From assembly GCA_965279115.1 (NCBI GenBank), contig OZ257137.1, positions 1,078,587 through 1,142,586 of the forward strand: a DNA stretch of 64,000 nt. Reading direction: 5' to 3'. This document shows positions 62,869 through 64,000 of this stretch, piece after piece. A program made the translations under genes and the position numbers. The notes under the pieces were generated by a model. That model searched no databases. It was not told the origin of the DNA and was given only the letters and a program-made list of their open reading frames with translations. This DNA comes from Burkholderiales bacterium (GTDB lineage: Bacteria; Pseudomonadota; Gammaproteobacteria; Burkholderiales; JAEUOS01). Position 1 is the first letter of the stretch; the number at the start of each line of letters is the position of its first letter.

Positions 62869-63921
62869 TCAGGCGTAGCTGCGCAGACTGCGCGAAAACT
62901 CCACCAGCGGCACGACACCGCTGGATTCGGCGCGGCGACACCATTCCTTCAACCTGGCGACAAGTTGATCCGCCGGCGCCGTCGAGCTTGCCCACATGGT
63001 GGCGAGTTCGGCACGCATCTCGTCCATGGTTTTCACGGACCTTTCCTCGCGCGAACCAAGGCGGCGCATTGATTGCGCGTAAGCCGCCAGCACCTGGTAG
63101 CGATGCCGCCCGACCGCCTTGAACATGGAAAGATCGACCTCGCGCCGATGGGCCACGAAGCGCGGCACCGGTACGCCATGCTTTACTTTCGCCAGACCCG
63201 CGAATTGCAGGATGCGGATATACATCCAGCCAATATCGAATTCGTACCACTTGTTGGAAAACCTGGCCGATGTCGGATACGCGTGATGGTTGTTGTGCAG
63301 TTCCTCGCCGCCGATCAGGATGCCCCAGGGCGACATGTTGGTGCTGGCGTCCTCGCAGTTCCAGTTGCGGTAGCCGATATAGTGGCCCACGCCATTGATG
63401 ACACCGGCAGCCCAGAACGGGATCCACGCGATCTGCGTGATGAAGATCAGCGCGCCGGGCACGATGCCGAAGAGCAGCACGTCGACCACGCCGGTCAGCG
63501 TAAGCCCGAGCAGCACATAGCGCGAATACAGGTTGCGCTCGATCCAGTCATCCGGCGTGCCCGCCCCGTAGCGCTCGACCATGGCGCTGTCGCCGGCGGC
63601 CTTGACATACAGGAACACACCACCCCACAGCACCCGGTTCAACCCCAGAACCTGCGGGCTGTGCGGATCCCCGGCGGTTTCGCGGTGCGCATGATGCTTG
63701 CGATGCACTGCCACCCACTCGCGGGTGCGCATGCCGGTGGTAAGCCACAGCCAGAGCCGGAAGAAATGGCTCACCGCGGGGTGCAAGGTCAGGGCATGAT
63801 GGGTCTGGCAGCGATGCAGGAAAAGCGTCACGCACACGATGGTGATGTGCGTGAGCGCCAGCGCCGTGGCGACATACGCCCACCATGGCCAGTCGAACCA
63901 GCCGGAGAATAGATGCGGCAC
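62869..63921 (-). CDS. Acyl-CoA (delta-9-type) fatty acid desaturase
   Basis: Histidine boxes HRCQTH, HRKHH and HNNHH. Four TM segments. Confidence 0.88.
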   Translation of the reverse strand: MPHLFSGWFDWPWWAYVATALALTHITIVCVTLFLHRCQTHHALTLHPAVSHFFRLWLWLTTGMRTREWVAVHRKHHAHRETAGDPHSPQVLGLNRVLWGGVFLYVKAAGDSAMVERYGAGTPDDWIERNLYSRYVLLGLTLTGVVDVLLFGIVPGALIFITQIAWIPFWAAGVINGVGHYIGYRNWNCEDASTNMSPWGILIGGEELHNNHHAYPTSARFSNKWYEFDIGWMYIRILQFAGLAKVKHGVPVPRFVAHRREVDLSMFKAVGRHRYQVLAAYAQSMRRLGSREERSVKTMDEMRAELATMWASSTAPADQLVARLKEWCRRAESSGVVPLVEFSRSLRSYA

Positions 63922-63937
63922 TTCGCTTCAGCCCCGC

Positions 63938-64000
63938 CTACTTGCTGCCCAGCGCGACCGGGAAGTTGAGGCTGGCCTTGTTGTAAGCCGCCGGAGCGTA
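63938..64000 (-). CDS. 3' end of an unidentified minus-strand gene (continues beyond the window)
   Basis: The open frame reads ...YAPAAYNKASLNFPVALGSK*. It is too short to identify. Confidence 0.25.
   Translation of the reverse strand, partial: YAPAAYNKASLNFPVALGSK

Overview
High-GC (about 65% by eye) proteobacterial chromosome window. Gene content and synteny look betaproteobacterial (Burkholderiales or Rhodocyclales-like): a Bug/TctC binding protein, a phasin, an aa3 oxidase cluster with DUF2244/DUF2970/DUF2909 accessory genes, and a soxCDYZAXB order. All calls come from reading the six-frame translations, motifs and local sequence; no searches were run. Layout: (1) 1-1157, ftsEX. (2) 1180-10790, a complete aa3-type cytochrome c oxidase structural and assembly cluster, including a 39-aa ORF that is absent from the ORF track. 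(3) 11098-24658, housekeeping genes: a degenerate EAL-HDOD protein, bioC, comF, a thioredoxin-TPR protein, trmL, gpsA-SH3-secB-grxC-rhodanese-arsR facing gpmA-envC-ctp, then moeB, slmA and a HAD nucleotidase. (4) 24692-32900, an M15 peptidase gene followed by a soxCDYZAXB thiosulfate-oxidation operon. The operon is extended by a periplasmic GlcG/HbpS-like gene and a TlpA-like thioredoxin, and the whole block appears inserted between the nucleotidase/slmA genes and argB. (5) 34031-34760, an hsp20 gene with a sigma-32-like promoter and a structured 3' region whose hairpin loops carry CCUCCUCCC-type anti-Shine-Dalgarno motifs (candidate CcsR/cuckoo-like sRNA). (6) 34926-37285, a CWC protein, an MFS transporter and a phasin. 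(7) 37305-47769, two modules flanking a marR gene. They combine an aryl-CoA ligase, a FAD-monooxygenase/OYE fusion (2-aminobenzoyl-CoA monooxygenase-reductase or salicylyl-CoA 5-hydroxylase type), a NicX-like M29-fold protein, an alpha/beta hydrolase, an ACAD-like protein, a zeta-like GST and RidA. (8) 47787-54903, my best candidate for an undescribed system. Behind ridA and a TctC gene sits a CHASE2-sensor class III nucleotidyl cyclase. It is tightly coupled to two tandem Tat-signal caspase-fold (C14) proteins with intact His/Cys dyads and divergent C-terminal beta-rich domains, followed by a secreted protein that seems to need an ATT start codon. (9) 54999-64000, gcdH, an SBP-permease ABC fusion, a MarR-GNAT fusion, an MMPL exporter with a LolA-like protein, a transglutaminase-like protein and an acyl-CoA desaturase. 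I recognised no rRNA, tRNA, CRISPR array, transposase or integrase.
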